From Selaginella moellendorffii (Eukaryota; Plantae; Lycopodiophyta): 64,000 nucleotides of DNA. The notes under the pieces are model-generated. The model worked only from the letters and a program-made list of their open reading frames with translations. It searched no databases and was not told the origin of the DNA. Made by a program: the position numbers and the translations under genes. This document shows positions 25,603 through 38,531 of this stretch, one piece after another. Position 1 is the first letter of the stretch; each line of letters starts with the position of its first letter. The stretch is taken from contig NW_003314288.1 in the NCBI RefSeq assembly GCF_000143415.4, forward strand, positions 270,002 to 334,001, given 5' to 3'.

Positions 25603-25855
25603 TCGGTGGTAGGGCAGGTGGTAGAAGGCCTGGATATTGTCCAGAAGATTGTGAGTACCAGGGTGGTCAAAGATAACACAAGCAATCTTTACTTCCAGTA
25701 TGTATTTTCTTCTCTTCGTTCCTTGGGAAAAATCTCATCTTGAATCCCCACAACATTGCCAAGCTTATAGGCAATACCCGAGCAGTGGTCATTGAGAGGG
25801 GATTCAATCAACCATACACAAAGATTGTCATTTTGCAGTTTGGCATTCTTGGTAC
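25603..25855 (+). pseudogene. Two-exon 3' fragment of a CYP28-like chloroplast cyclophilin
   Basis: VVGQVVEGLDIVQKI...VKDNTSNLYF, intron, IAKLIGNTRAVVIERGFNQPYTKIVI; resembles the CYP28 C-terminus as I recall it; the intron acceptor reads AA instead of AG. Confidence 0.7.
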
Positions 25856-26681
25856 TTACTCTTGCAAAATTCTTTCTTTCCTTTCAATATAACTCTGATC
25901 CATTTGTGTTTCTATTGCCAGACAACTAATACAAACAGCTTTACGTGAATGCTCATGTCCTTCCAACAAGAATGCTCTATCTAAATTGATGGAATCGATC
26001 CAAGGATATTGGCAGTGGCCATGCAAGGTGGGAATGCTACGCCTAGAATTGTTGATCATGTAAATCATCACATCTTTATCAATTAGAGTATGCTCCTTGA
26101 ATTCTTCCTTCTTCAGATTATGACAACAAATTTCCTTCTAGTTATTTTCCATTGTATCAATGAGGCTCACATTGTTGTCACACAGTGCTCCTGCAAGTTG
26201 TTCTGCAAGTTGTTTTGCAAGTTGTGTGCAGGACTTCTTCCTTAGCCAGCCTGAACTATGCTTTTCAGGATTGTTGTTGTTTTTTGTCATTGCCAAAAGT
26301 GATTATGAACAAAAACTATAAAACATACCTTTAGGCTCTAATTCTCCATATGGAGGTAATAGTGATCATTGTTGTGAAGTTCTTGGTGTTATTAATGATG
26401 ATTGTTGGGATGTAGATGGTGAAAACATTGATTCCTAAGTCTGTTTCTGTGAATTTACAGTTTGACAGTCCTAAAGCCACTTGTCCATCATTCCATAGAG
26501 TTGATCATTGAACGTTGGTGGTATATCATCTTCACGACATTGCTCTGTTGTCATGTTTCAGTACTGCATTTGCCAGTAAGAACATGATATTCATATGACT
26601 TGATTTTGTTGAACTCTTTGTAAATATACTCCCAACAAGATTGGCATTGCCCAGGCAAATGGTTGACACCATGTGTCAAAC

Positions 26682-26978
26682 NNNNNNNNNNNNNNNNNNN
26701 NNNNNNNNNNNNNNNNNNNNNNNNNNNNNNNNNNNNNNNNNNNNNNNNNNNNNNNNNNNNNNNNNNNNNNNNNNNNNNNNNNNNNNNNNNNNNNNNNNNN
26801 NNNNNNNNNNNNNNNNNNNNNNNNNNNNNNNNNNNNNNNNNNNNNNNNNNNNNNNNNNNNNNNNNNNNNNNNNNNNNNNNNNNNNNNNNNNNNNNNNNNN
26901 NNNNNNNNNNNNNNNNNNNNNNNNNNNNNNNNNNNNNNNNNNNNNNNNNNNNNNNNNNNNNNNNNNNNNNNNNNNNNN
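26682..26978. other. Assembly gap
   Basis: Run of N. Confidence 1.
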
Positions 26979-27269
26979 AATTTTTCAACTGTTGCTCTGC
27001 CATTCTACTCAAGACTCTAAAACCATGAATTGACATGTCAGCAATAGTGGTGGGAGGAAATAATTGCCACATCAGCATTTTAACTTGCTATGGCAAGTTT
27101 CATGGTGGTCAACCAGCTAGGCTAGTTTTGAAAAACATTTAAATTGATTTCACTGTCATAATGCCACTATTAAAAAAATGATGGTGACGGTGACATGTAC
27201 TAAGGCAACGTTACTTCAAATTGCTGATGTGGCCATCACAATTTGACTGTGATAGTCACAAGTGTAGTG
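26979..27269. mobile_element. Right end of a CACTA-like DNA transposon
   Basis: Ends in ...AAGTGTAGTG (reverse complement CACTACAC) right where duplication block B begins; subterminal inverted motif GCCACATCAGCA (~27066) / TGCTGATGTGGC (~27222). Confidence 0.45.
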
Positions 27270-27274
27270 TCTAT

Positions 27275-29588
27275 TAAGCAAACCTAAAATATAGTTGAAG
27301 AAATACTCAAAACTGAAGCTATAAAAAATAGGTATTGTGGAAAAATAAAGAATATAAAAATATGATATGTGTGCAAATAGGTCATACACCTTGTGAAAGA
27401 ATCATTTGCATGTCTGGAAACCATAATCTAATGTGACCATCATCTTCTATTTATGCAATCAGCTGTTTGGTGTTCGTTTGCAAATAGCCTACAGAAAAAA
27501 ATTCTATTAAAATAAATATTTGAATTGTAAAGAATACTTGAGGAATGCATAAAAAATATGATCTTATATAACACTTTTTCTCCATCTAGCATGTCATAGA
27601 GGACAAAGTAGCAATCTATTTAAATTATAACTCAATGTAGATTGAAATAACAACTAATTATCCTTGTCTCAAAAGGCAATACCAATCCTGTATTTGGAAT
27701 GATGCTAGACTGAAAGATTAAAGGGAACTGAAGAGTTGAGTCTAGTATTCCTAAGAGTTTAAGAATGATTAAGATTGTACTCCAACATGATAGTTTTGAA
27801 AATTTTCATATACTTATATGCCATGATATTGGAAGAGAAGGGAATAGTTGGTCACAAAACATTTTACAAAGTGCTAGTTGTCATTGAAGAAGCAATATTC
27901 CCTTATACTTGCTTTATAATTATTTGTGACAACAACATTATATGTAAAACTCCACCCTGCAGAATAGAAAGAAAGTTTTTGAAGGGATAGGAAATGGCAC
28001 TTGTAATCTTTCTTATTTCCAAATGGGAGCTAGAACATAGATTTGGATGCCTTGAGAGGCGCACTCTGCTTGCGCCATGTCAAACTTCTCATCATCAAAT
28101 TACTTAACTATCCTTCATTATGCATCCCTATATATCCCTATACTAATTCCTAAAGCTCTCCAAGGATTTGGTTCTTGACAGGTATGGCATTGACTTTGCG
28201 GAAGATTTGATAAATTTCCTTGTAAAATCACCTTGCATACATGCTTTGCAAAGAGCAATCCATTCAACATAGATCAAGCCCATCATAAAAGTGGGCCAAT
28301 TGTCTTTAAATTTAATTCTCTGTATCAACATCCAATGGAGCCTTCGTAAATATCAAGAATGGGCTGAGGCCCAGCGGAGAGGATACCATATGGAACACAG
28401 AGAGGAGAACATATGAAGCATGTCGGGAGGCAACGGGGGAGATAGGATACAAGGAAGGCAATGGGAATGAGGTATCAATGAGCCCATCTCCACCTGCGCC
28501 TCAAACGCAAGCATTTCACACCACTACTTCCAACTTTCAACAGGAGCTCATGATAGACTCTCACCGGCATGGTCTTGAGAATCCGGATTGCCATGCCTAG
28601 CATGGCACTGATGTGGAGCAGGAGGAGCGCAGTGCTGCTGCTCAAATTCACAACAGCAGCATTGGATCTTGTGTTGCTGGCTATAGCAAACCCACTGCAC
28701 TTAACATTCCAGATAGATTTTTGAAGACTCTCCTATGCCCAATCTCTGTGCGTCCCGCTCTCCATCCATGGGGGATGGGGCGGCTCACGGAATGGCTGGA
28801 TATCAACGATTGATGTTTGGGTCAACACATCAAGTCTGAACTGCTCTGAAGATGTTCTCCAGCATCACATAAGGCAATGCATCACTCACAAGGCTGGACT
28901 GGCACGTAAATTCTGCAGCATGCATCCCTCGATTCATCTCCCTGTGGTTTTTGCACGCGGTAAGAAACGTTGCCCATGCAACTCCTTCTGCTGGCAAAGG
29001 CATATTCTCCAGGACATCCTCGGCCTCTTTCAATCGCCCTAGTCATCCGAGAGCATCAACAATGCAGGTGTAGTGGTCTTGCGAAGGATCCAATCCATTG
29101 TCAAAGCTCATTGCCATGAAGTAGCTTACTGCTTCCTTGATGAGCCCCAGATAGCTACATGCCATCAAAACAATGGCAAATGCTGCCTTGTCAGGGCCAA
29201 AGCCGTGAAGAAACGTCGCCCAGAAGAGCTGGATCGCTGCCCGGTCTGGGCATATGCTGCAAGAATCGTGTTCCAGGAGACCAAGTTCCAAGTTGGCATC
29301 TCATCGAACGCTTTCTTAGCATCACAAATATTTCCATCTAGAGCATATACCACTAGAATTGTGTTCCATGAATAGGAATCCCAGCAGCAAACCAAAGAAA
29401 ACGCCTGGAAACGACCTCTCTGGGCATAAACAGCAATTATCGCATTCCATGAAACAAGATCTCTGTGTGGCATTTCTTCAAACAAGTGTTTTCCTTGATC
29501 AGCATCACCGTTTTGCGTGTATAACTTGATCATAATCGTCCACGACAGTATGTTGTGTTGAGGCATTCTATTAAACAAACTCTTGGCT
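27275..29588 (-). repeat. Duplication block B, inverted copy of A/C
   Basis: Reverse complement of 13970-15760 (near-identical spurious ORFs MLIQRIKF..., MEQEERSA...) and of ~35220-35750. Confidence 0.88.
28830..29588 (-). pseudogene. PLS-E PPR pseudogene, copy B (3' half)
   Basis: Same PPR/E segments as 13970-14720, same frameshift and an extra stop. Confidence 0.85.
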
Positions 29589-32500
29589 GCAAATAAGAAA
29601 CCATTAGTGTCTACAATAGATGAGTTTGAGGTTGCTTTCCATTTACGTTTTGCTCCTCACTATAACGTGGAGAATGCTCACACCAAACTTCGACATTTTC
29701 AGCAAGGGAAAATGAAGATTGGGGACTATATTGATAAGCTAACTCGCTTGATTAGCTATGTTCCAATGAAGGATCCAAATCAGAACAACATCCTACTTCA
29801 TTGATGGCTGTCATAGTGAGAGTATGCGGCAACACTTGCGTCATTCTCAATGTACAAAGAGTTTGGAGGACTTCCAACCCTTCTACATAAGTATCGAAAT
29901 GCCGAGTAAAGGTATATGAAAGAACTTCTTGTGTCACCAGGCCATGCTCCTCAACAAACTTTGTGGAAACAAAGTTGTTATCACTTCCACTGTCCAATAA
30001 AATTCACATTGGACTGCCACGGAACACACCCTCTAGCAAGCTGATGCACAAATGTCCTCGACCTTCATCTTGTTCCACACATAGTTAAATTGATGAGCAA
30101 CAATCGAAAGCCTCTTCCTCCAACCGGAATGGTCATCCTCATCATCTTTGTGCTGCAAAGTTTGCAACTTCTTAGTATCTGACTTACCGTTAGTAAAAGA
30201 TTGGCCATTCTTGTTGCCATGTTATTTGCTCTTCACTGTGGATAATCAGCCTTGTAGTGTCCTAGCTCGTGGCAATGATGACAACCTTGTCTATAATTCT
30301 TCATAAAGAATTTCTGCTTTGTTGACCCCTGTGTACTTGAAGTAGCCACCATAGGCTTCAGCTTGTGACGTTTATTCCCATCCTTGTGTCCACAACAATC
30401 ATCACGATGATTCTCAATAGAAAGATTCCTCGAACGCTTGTGAGACTTATACTTATCATTATCAAGTCGACGAGCAGCATCAAAGAGCTGTTTGTTAGCA
30501 AAACTGCACTTGTGGAGACTTTTTATCTCACAGATCTTCATTGTGTGGATCTCATTCTTGGGATATCATAGTTGGTAAAGGTGGATCCGGAGATAAAGTG
30601 GAGTATTAAGCGTGTTTTGTTGGAGTACGGTGGCATTAATGATGTGTGGTTTGGAGAGGGAGTTCAACCTCCAATTTTTATGCTCTCCGTTACATCTTTG
30701 AAGCGGGCTTGTCATAATGGAAAAGCACTTTTGAGTTACTTACTATTTGTTCATGACTTGGGGGACCAAGCCATGTGTGGAGGAGAGGTAGTAGTGCAGA
30801 CTATACTCAAAGAGTTCTTTGATGTTTTTCCCTCTAAAATTCCTCATGGATTGCCTCCATTACAAGGTGTGGAGCATGGGATTATGTTAGAGCCAAGGAC
30901 ATAGCCAATTTACCAATGTCTATTTCAGCAAAAATATGGAAGAGCATAAAGTGCATTTATGCAAGGTTCTTTTGTTACTCCATAACAGAAAACTTTATGT
31001 GAAGAAGAGCAAATATGAGTTTGCAAAGTCGGAAGTGAAATATCTAGGCCATATTATGACATCCAAAGAAGGTGGGTCAAGATGGGTCCAAGGAAGGTGG
31101 CTGTGGTGGAGAACTAACTTACACTAACTTCAGTGGCTAAGTTACGTAATTTCCTTGGTATGGCTAGTTACTATCGACATTTTCAACATAAGTTTGCAGA
31201 GGTGGTTATTTCTTTGGCATGATTGTTGCACAAGAACGTGCCATTCAAGTGGAAAAAACCACATGAGGATAGTTTTGTGGCATTGAAACAGTTGTTAAGC
31301 GACGCTCCAATGCTTCACATTGTTGATCCATCAAAACCTTATGAGGTGATATGTGATGCGAGTAGTTATGCACTGGGAGGAGTTCTCATGCAAAAGGGAC
31401 AACCTATTGCATATGAGAGTCGAACTTTGAATCCCGCAAAGCAATACTATTCCATATATGAGCAAGAGTTACTCTCCATTGTTCACGCTTTACGGATATA
31501 GCAACACTATCTTTATGGTGCAGTGTTCACGGTGTTGACGGATCACAAACCCTTTGTATATCTTTTCACACAGAAGAAGTTGAACACTAGATAAGCTCAT
31601 TGGATGGTCAAACATATGGAATTTAGAGAGTTTCTTATTGAGCATCATTCGGGAAAATTGAATGTGGTGGCGAATGCTTTATCTCGTGTGCATATGATGG
31701 TGTTACAGACACAGTTTTGTCATTATTTGAGTAAGGTGGTTAGCAAGTTTGGGCAGTTGGTTGAGCGTGCTCAGGCTCAGGATGCTGAGGTGGTCTCAAT
31801 GCAAGCTCAGATGGAAGCACCTTTCTCATTAGTGGATGGGATTCTTTACTACAATGGCTATATGTATTTACCACAGGTGGATGTGTTAATTACTCAGGTT
31901 TTATTCCACTATCATGATCATCCAAAGGCTGTCATTTTGGGGGGAAGAAGATATATGAGTTGATTAAGCACAATTTCTATTGGAGGAATATGAAGGCTGA
32001 TATCCTTGAGTACTATAAGTCATGTGAGCTCTGTCAGCGAAGGTAAAGGTGTGACGGGAGAAGCTGGGGGACTTTTTCAACCTTTACCTATTCCTCAGAG
32101 CCGTTGGTGTAGTATCTCTATGGACTTCATCACTTATTTGTCATGAACATAAACGCAAAAGGAGCCAATATGGGTCATAATGGATCGTTTGACGAAATAT
32201 ATGCGATTGTTGGCTCTTCGGAAGAGTGTCACTGCCTTAGACTTGGTTGCGGTCTACTTGGAGAAGGTTTTCCTGATTTTGGTTTGCCAGAGGACATCGT
32301 TAACAATCGAGATTCAAAGTTCACTAGTGGATTTTGGAAGAGCTTTACAAAGGCTATGCAAGTGACTTTGAAACTCTCGAGTGGAGATCATCCTCAAACA
32401 AATGGGCAAACCGAACGTGTGAATCATGGGGTGGACAATATGCTACGCTATAGCATTAGTCAAAGGCAAGGACAGTGGGATCTATATCTTTCATTGGTGC

Positions 32501-33500
32501 AATTTGCCTACAACAATAGCTAACACAGTAGAACCAAGTGAAATCCTTACTTTGCCATGTTTGGAAGGCATCCTCAAATAGCAATGGAGTTGAAATTACA
32601 TTTAAGTAAGGATGTTCAAGAAAATTTTCATTCAGAGGTGACTGATGTAGCCATGGAACTTGATGAGATTCTGGTGGTGTGCAAATGGAATTTGCAAGCA
32701 GCTTAGGATAGAGCGGAGAAGTTTGCTATTGCTAATTCCGGGAATATAAGGTGGGTGATCTTGTCTTTGTGTGAGTGATTTTTCCGTCAAGTGAGCAGTG
32801 AAACACTTTAGTGCCTTTACGGAATGGGAAGAGTGATAAACTTTCTAAGAAAATTCATTCAGTATCTTATGTTAGCCAATTGAAAAGTATACTTTCTCGG
32901 AGTGATGGGCCCAATGCCTCCTTAATGTATACAGCTGTGGAAGATGGATCAAAAGCTTGAGCAGGGTTCCTTAGAAAGGGTGATCACTAGTACAATTCAT
33001 CCTTGGGACAAGGACTTTGTTGGGGGGAAGAATTGTTAAGCGCCAGCTTTGGTTAATATCAGTTAAAGGGAGGCTCAAGGGTTTATGAAGGCATGTTAAG
33101 GGGTGGTTGGGCATTTAAAAGGAGGCATAATCTAGTTTAGGAAGATTAGATCATTGACTTTTTGTGCCGTGTCATAATGTGAAGAATGTCATGGATGGGG
33201 ACATAACACTGGAACTTGTGCCAAATGTCAATAATATCATAAAAAAATTCTTATTCTCTTTCGACATTTATGGATAATAGGAGTTCTATTTCTTGTGCTT
33301 CTTCTCTATCACCAACAAATAACAAAAGTCCTCCTATTCTCTCTCCTCCACTCTCTTTCATAACATGCAATATAGAATTAATGGAGGATGAGTAGTTTAT
33401 GTTTGTTTTTGCTGGAGTCATAAATAGTATAAATGTGATGATCCTGGTGGACTTTGGCTTAGCAATTTCCTCTACTCAGTGTTTAATTGTTTGAAGTTTA
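29589..33500 (+). mobile_element. Decayed Ty3/Gypsy element (chromovirus-like), 5' truncated, with internal inversion and RT deletion
   Basis: Gag (FEVAFHLRF, LRHFQQG), inverted knuckle/protease (LDSGSDNNFVS), DLILGIS, PHGLPP, RNase H VICDASSYALGGVLMQ, integrase ISMDFIT and HPQTNGQTERVN; PPT GGGGGGAAGAA at ~33022 followed by a TG LTR start at 33034. Right LTR end is uncertain. Confidence 0.88.
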
Positions 33501-33532
33501 CTAATCATAAGTCATCAGCATAGATATTATGT

Positions 33533-34130
33533 ATGGAAACACTGGTTGTCTATGCGTGGTGTGGGCATTTGGAGGAATCAAGAAGGATCTTTGATGCATT
33601 GCCGGCCAAGAACATCGCGTCATGGATGGCGCTCGTGAGCGTGTATGCCGAGAGTGGGCATCCGGGCGAGGCCAAGGCAGCATTCAATCGAATGGCGGTG
33701 CGGGATGTAGTTTCCTCCACTGCGATGGTCAAGGCGCTGGGCGATTGCGGGCGGATTGGATCGAGCAAGGCAGTGTTTGATGCGATGCCCGAGAGGAACT
33801 GCAAGATGTGGGCGATGCTGCTGCGGGGATTTGCTCGTGGCGGAGAGATTGGGCGAGCGAGAGAAGTGCTGGATCGGATGCCCAAGACGAATGTGGTAGC
33901 ATGGACGATCCTCGTGCAGGGTTTTGCGCAGCACGGGCAAGTGGGCGATGCGAAGGCTGCGTTTGATTCCATGCCCGAGAAGAACAGAAAAACATGCTGA
34001 TGGAGTTGCATGGGCAACGTTTCTTACCACGTGTAAAAACCACGGGGAGATGAATTGAGGGAGCTAGTCCAGCCTTGTGAATGATGCATTGCCTTATGTG
34101 ATGCTGGAGAACATCTTCAGAGCAGTTCAG
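33533..34130 (+). pseudogene. PLS-E PPR pseudogene, copy C (internal deletion of ~745 bp)
   Basis: Matches 13383-13823, then jumps to ~14570 across a short filler (AAAAACATG). Confidence 0.85.
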
Positions 34131-35750
34131 ACTTGATGTGTTGACCCAAACATCGATCGTTGATATCCAGCCATTCCGTGAGCCGCCCCATCCCCCATGG
34201 ATGGAGAGCGGGACGCACAGAGGATTGAGCATAGGAGAGTCTTCATGAGGAGCATAGTCTTCGAGGATAACATATGGAACACAGAGAGGAGAACATATGA
34301 AGCATGTCGGGAGGCAACGAATGTTAAGTGCAGTCAGCAATGCAAGATCCAATGCTGCTGTTGTGAATTTCAGCAGCAGCACTGCACTCCTCCTGCTCCA
34401 CGTGCCATGCTAGGCGTGGCAATCCAGATTCTCAAGACCATGCCGGTGAGAGTGAGCCGTGGAAGTCTCTCATGAGCTCTTGTTGAAAGTGGGAAGTAGT
34501 GGTGTGGAAAGCTTGCGTTTGAGGCGCGGGTGGAGATGGGCTCATTGCAGTAAGGTGATAGCTCGTTCCCATTGTCTTCCTTTTGTATCCTATCTCCCTC
34601 CAGATGCATGGGACATCCGCTTGCAAAGCATTGCACAGCATGTTGCTGGAGCTGGGCCTCAGCCCATTCGTTGATGGCTAGCATTTACGAAGGCTTCACT
34701 GGATGTTGATACAGAGAATTAAGTTTAAAGACAATTGGCCCACTTTTATGATGGGCTTAATCTATGGTGACTGGATTGTTCTTTGCAAAGCATGTATGCA
34801 AGGCGATTTTACAAGGAAATTTATCAAATCTTCCGCAAAGTCAATGCCATAATCTGTCAAGAACCAAATCCTTGGAGAGCTTTAGGAATTAATATATGCA
34901 TAATGAAGGATAGTTAAGTAATTTGATGATGAGAAGTTTGACATATGTCATCAAACATATTATCTAGCATAACAATCAGGGATGCTCAACATCCCAAACA
35001 ATTCTCCCCATTGGAAATAAGAAATATCACAAGTGCCATTTCCTACTCATCTATTCCCTTTGAAAACTTTCTTTCTATTCTGCAGGGTGGAGTTTTATAT
35101 ATAATGTTGTTGTATAGAGCACTATTGCTTCTTCAATGGCAACTAGCACTTGTTCAATGTTTCATGACCAATCTATTCTCTTCTCTTCCAATATCATGGA
35201 ATATAAGTATATGAAAATTTTCAAAACTAACATGTTGGAGTACAATCTTAATCATTCTTAAACTCTTAGGAATACTAGACTCAACTAGAGATATACTTCA
35301 GTTCCCTTTAATCTTCCAGTCTAGCATCATTCCAAATCCAGTATTGGTATTCAGATTAGAATAGTGCTAGCCTTTTGAGACAAGTATAATAGTTGTTTTG
35401 AATCATTAGGATCATCCTTTAGTGATTTTAATCTACATTGAGTTATAATTTAAATAGATTGCTACTTTGTCCTCTATGACATGCTAGATGGAGAAAAAGT
35501 GTTATATAAGCTCATATTTTTAATGCATCAAGTATTCTTTACAAATCAGATATTTATTTTAATAGCTTTTTTTCTGCAGGCTATTTGCAAAAGAACACCC
35601 ACAAGGTGTATTACCTGTTTAGTATTTGCACACATATATTCTTTACTTTTCCACAATACCTATCTTTTATGGCTTCAGTTAAGTTATAGTCATTTACACC
35701 TTTGAGTATTTCTTCAATTTAGGCATTATATTTTTGGTTTGCTTAAGCAA
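33533..35750 (+). repeat. Duplication block C
   Basis: Direct, more diverged copy of block A; continues into sequence shared only with block B. Confidence 0.85.
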
Positions 35751-36227
35751 ACCAACATAGGATATACCTGGGTATTCTTGAATATTCTATAATTTAATTT
35801 TTGATATTTATTTAGAATAATTTTGTGTTTATAAATTTAAAACATTTTAATAATGGTCATCACGTTGACTACATGGCAAAAAGATGTTCTAATGTATTTT
35901 CAAAGCTTTTAAATCTGAGAAGTACTAGTTCAATGTTTGGACATGTGTTTGCGGGTGTGATTTTGTGGCGAGGAAGCAGGAGCAACAGGAGGTCCTCCAG
36001 ACAAGCTAACTTCTCAAGTTTAACCAGCTGCCACCTCCATGCAAGGGTACTTTCCACGAGCTCAAAGGGTACAGGGCTAGCTCTTGATTTTTTTTGGTTG
36101 TTCTCTAGGCTCCAATCTGTTAGGAGTGATGCAAAGAGACTGTTATGATCAGGCCAGGGATTTCCAACCCAAAGCTATGTTTCTCATACCTGAAAAGAAA
36201 TATACATATCCTCTTGTAGTTTCTCTT

Positions 36228-36925
36228 CTAAATAGAAGACAAGTGCCTGAGGTTGTACATATCGAAGTACAAACCAAAGAAGCAGATCAATGGATCTCCC
36301 CGCGACGCGTCAATCAGCAGTCGAACGAGCCGAGCAGCGCATTCTTGATCCTCTTCCAGTCGATCCACTTTCCTGTAACCAATGGTGCTACCGTTGCTCA
36401 CCAGGTACCAGCCCAGCTCGCTGTCCCATGCCTCGACGTGATATTCCATGACCCTTTGTCCCATGTTTACTGGCTCTCGGATCTCCAGTGCGTTGAACTT
36501 TGAGACCTTGCCAAGATCAAGCTCGATCCAGCCGGTCGACTCCCCTTGCATTGGAGCCCAGAAAGTTTCCATACACTCGTCAAGGATTTGCTTCGGCCCA
36601 AACGAAGAGCTGCGAATGCTGCTTGCTGTCACGGACAAGGGATTCGCTGCTAAGTTGACGCTGAAGATGGAATCTACGGCGGAGCTAAACCGCTCCAGCG
36701 TCTGGAAGTCGGATTCGTCGATCAGTCCCGACGAGTTTGGAGGGACGTTGAGCAGGAGCAAGCAGTTCCTGGCGGATGATTTGTAGAAAACGTCGAGCAG
36801 CTGCTCCAGGGATTTTGGAGCCTCGTTCCTGTGCCAAAACCAACCGGGCCTGATGGAGATATCGCACTCCGGAGGGAGCCAGTCGGTTCCAGCACCAGAC
36901 ATCAAGTACCTGTTGATGTTGCGAA
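36228..36925 (-). pseudogene. C-terminal half of a GH29 alpha-L-fucosidase (with F5/8 type C-like domain), joined in frame to an unrelated Gly-rich leader
   Basis: DWLPPECDISIRPGWFWH, KSLEQLLDVFYKSSARNCLLLLNVPPNSSGLI, EPVNMGQRV, GSTIGYRK; the N-terminal catalytic barrel is absent. Confidence 0.82.
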
Positions 36926-37260
36926 TTGGATCGCCGGACGTGGCTTGGGCTCCTCCGGGCGCGGCTTGGACTCCTCCCGCTGTGGCTTCGGCTCCTCCCA
37001 CCGAGGCTTGGCCTTCTCCTGGCGATGATCCATGGCCTCCTCCTCCCGGAGAAGAACCGCGGCGTCTACTCTAGGAGGAGTAGAACCATGGCCTCCTCCT
37101 CCCGGGGCACCCCCTCCTCGAGCCGCCTCAGAACCATGGCCTAATCCTCCCGGGGCCAGATTCAGAGATCCGCGGCCAACCCCGGCCACCCCGCGCCCTC
37201 CTCCCACTCCATGGCCACCTCTCCCTCCATGGGCACCTCTTCCTCCTCCTGTTGGTGAAG
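36926..37260 (-). repeat. GC-rich degenerate repeats encoding Gly-rich (GGHGS-type) sequence
   Basis: Recurrent CCATGGCCTCCTCCTCC units and ~21-bp GGCTTGG..TCCTCC units. Confidence 0.6.
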
Positions 37261-37952
37261 ATAGAGCACGAGCAGGCCCAGATCCAGCTCGATCGGCCCC
37301 ATTTCGCAGATGTTTCCTCTTCCAACCCTAAAATCGGGCCGTGCCGATCTTCTCGAATATTTCCGGAATAATTTTTAACAACTTCTTAGATTTGGTCGGG
37401 GTTTTTGAAAATTACTTAAGAATCCTCCCTTTTGTTTTCGTGCGAATCCAAAATACTAATAATTTTCCCATAAAAAATAGGGTAAGTACATTACTTTAGC
37501 TTAAGTTATTGTGCAAATAGGGAAAACGTAAATTTTGAACTTTAATTTTCGGGTAACTCTTACTCTTATAAACATCTCTAAACATGCTCATTTAATTAAC
37601 CACCAATGAACGGCAAAGATATCTTTACCAGCACTAATTTTCTAAAAAATTAAAAGCAAAGAAGATATTATCAAACACAACTCAATCACACAATATTTGG
37701 AGCTGGAAGAATTGAATCCAACTTAATTTCAGCAAACTGATGAGGATGGACAATTTTTATTTTCATTTCTTTTGCACTTCTTAATTTACATTTCTTAATT
37801 TGTTTCTACTCTTCTTATACACACTTCTTCGGTGTATTTGGCCCATTATATTTAGCTGAAACACATGTACATGTACACTAGTACACTACGTACTAAGCCT
37901 ATGATACACACTTGTTGCTAATTCTCAACGATTTGTGCATCTGCTGGTTGAT

Positions 37953-37970
37953 ACACACACACACACACAC
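37953..37970. repeat. (AC)n microsatellite
   Basis: ACACACACACACACACAC. Confidence 0.9.
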
Positions 37971-38531
37971 TGTGTAGGGCTAGCTCCATCCACAAGAGAG
38001 CCTGGGCACCAGAGGCTGGAAGAAGTCGTCACAGGAGAGAGCAAGCAGGTCACCACTCACGACAAGCTCAAAAAATCTGGAAGGAAGACGTCGCCGAGGA
38101 GCTGGTGAGTACATTGCAAGAAACAAATGCTGTCGTCACCAGCTTCCACACGTCTTTCAACGTGCTCTAGGAGCACAAACCCAAAGTTGGTCATGCCGCA
38201 AGCCGCCATCACCTTGCTCCCGGAACATGAGGCGGTACTTGCTATCAGCCTTCATACTAAGGCTTATTATCTGAATCTGGGTGCTCTGTTTTGGGGCACC
38301 TGTTGGCAGGTTTAGTCAGCATTCCCCGATTCTGCTACCAAAAAGAAATTTAAATTTAAGACAACCTCCTTTTGCATAGTTTTAACTTTTAAATGTTATT
38401 TTTTTCTCCGTGAAGTTCAGGTTGGCGGCGGTACTTTGACGAGGCATGCTCACTCAGCGCCCCATGTTTCTGCTTGACTCACGGAGGGTTTAAAACCAGG
38501 GATAACTGCAAGAAAGAGCACTGACATGTTT

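Noticed and set aside
25860-26680. Cys/His-containing minus-strand ORF pieces before the gap
   Set aside because: Too degraded to assign; may be internal to the CACTA-like element but I cannot support that
26551-27078. ORFs spanning N runs (also 52555-53196)
   Set aside because: Artefacts of translating assembly gaps
37330-37560. Possible MULE TIR making the fucosidase fragment a Pack-MULE
   Set aside because: No partner TIR or TSD found by eye, so not listed as a feature
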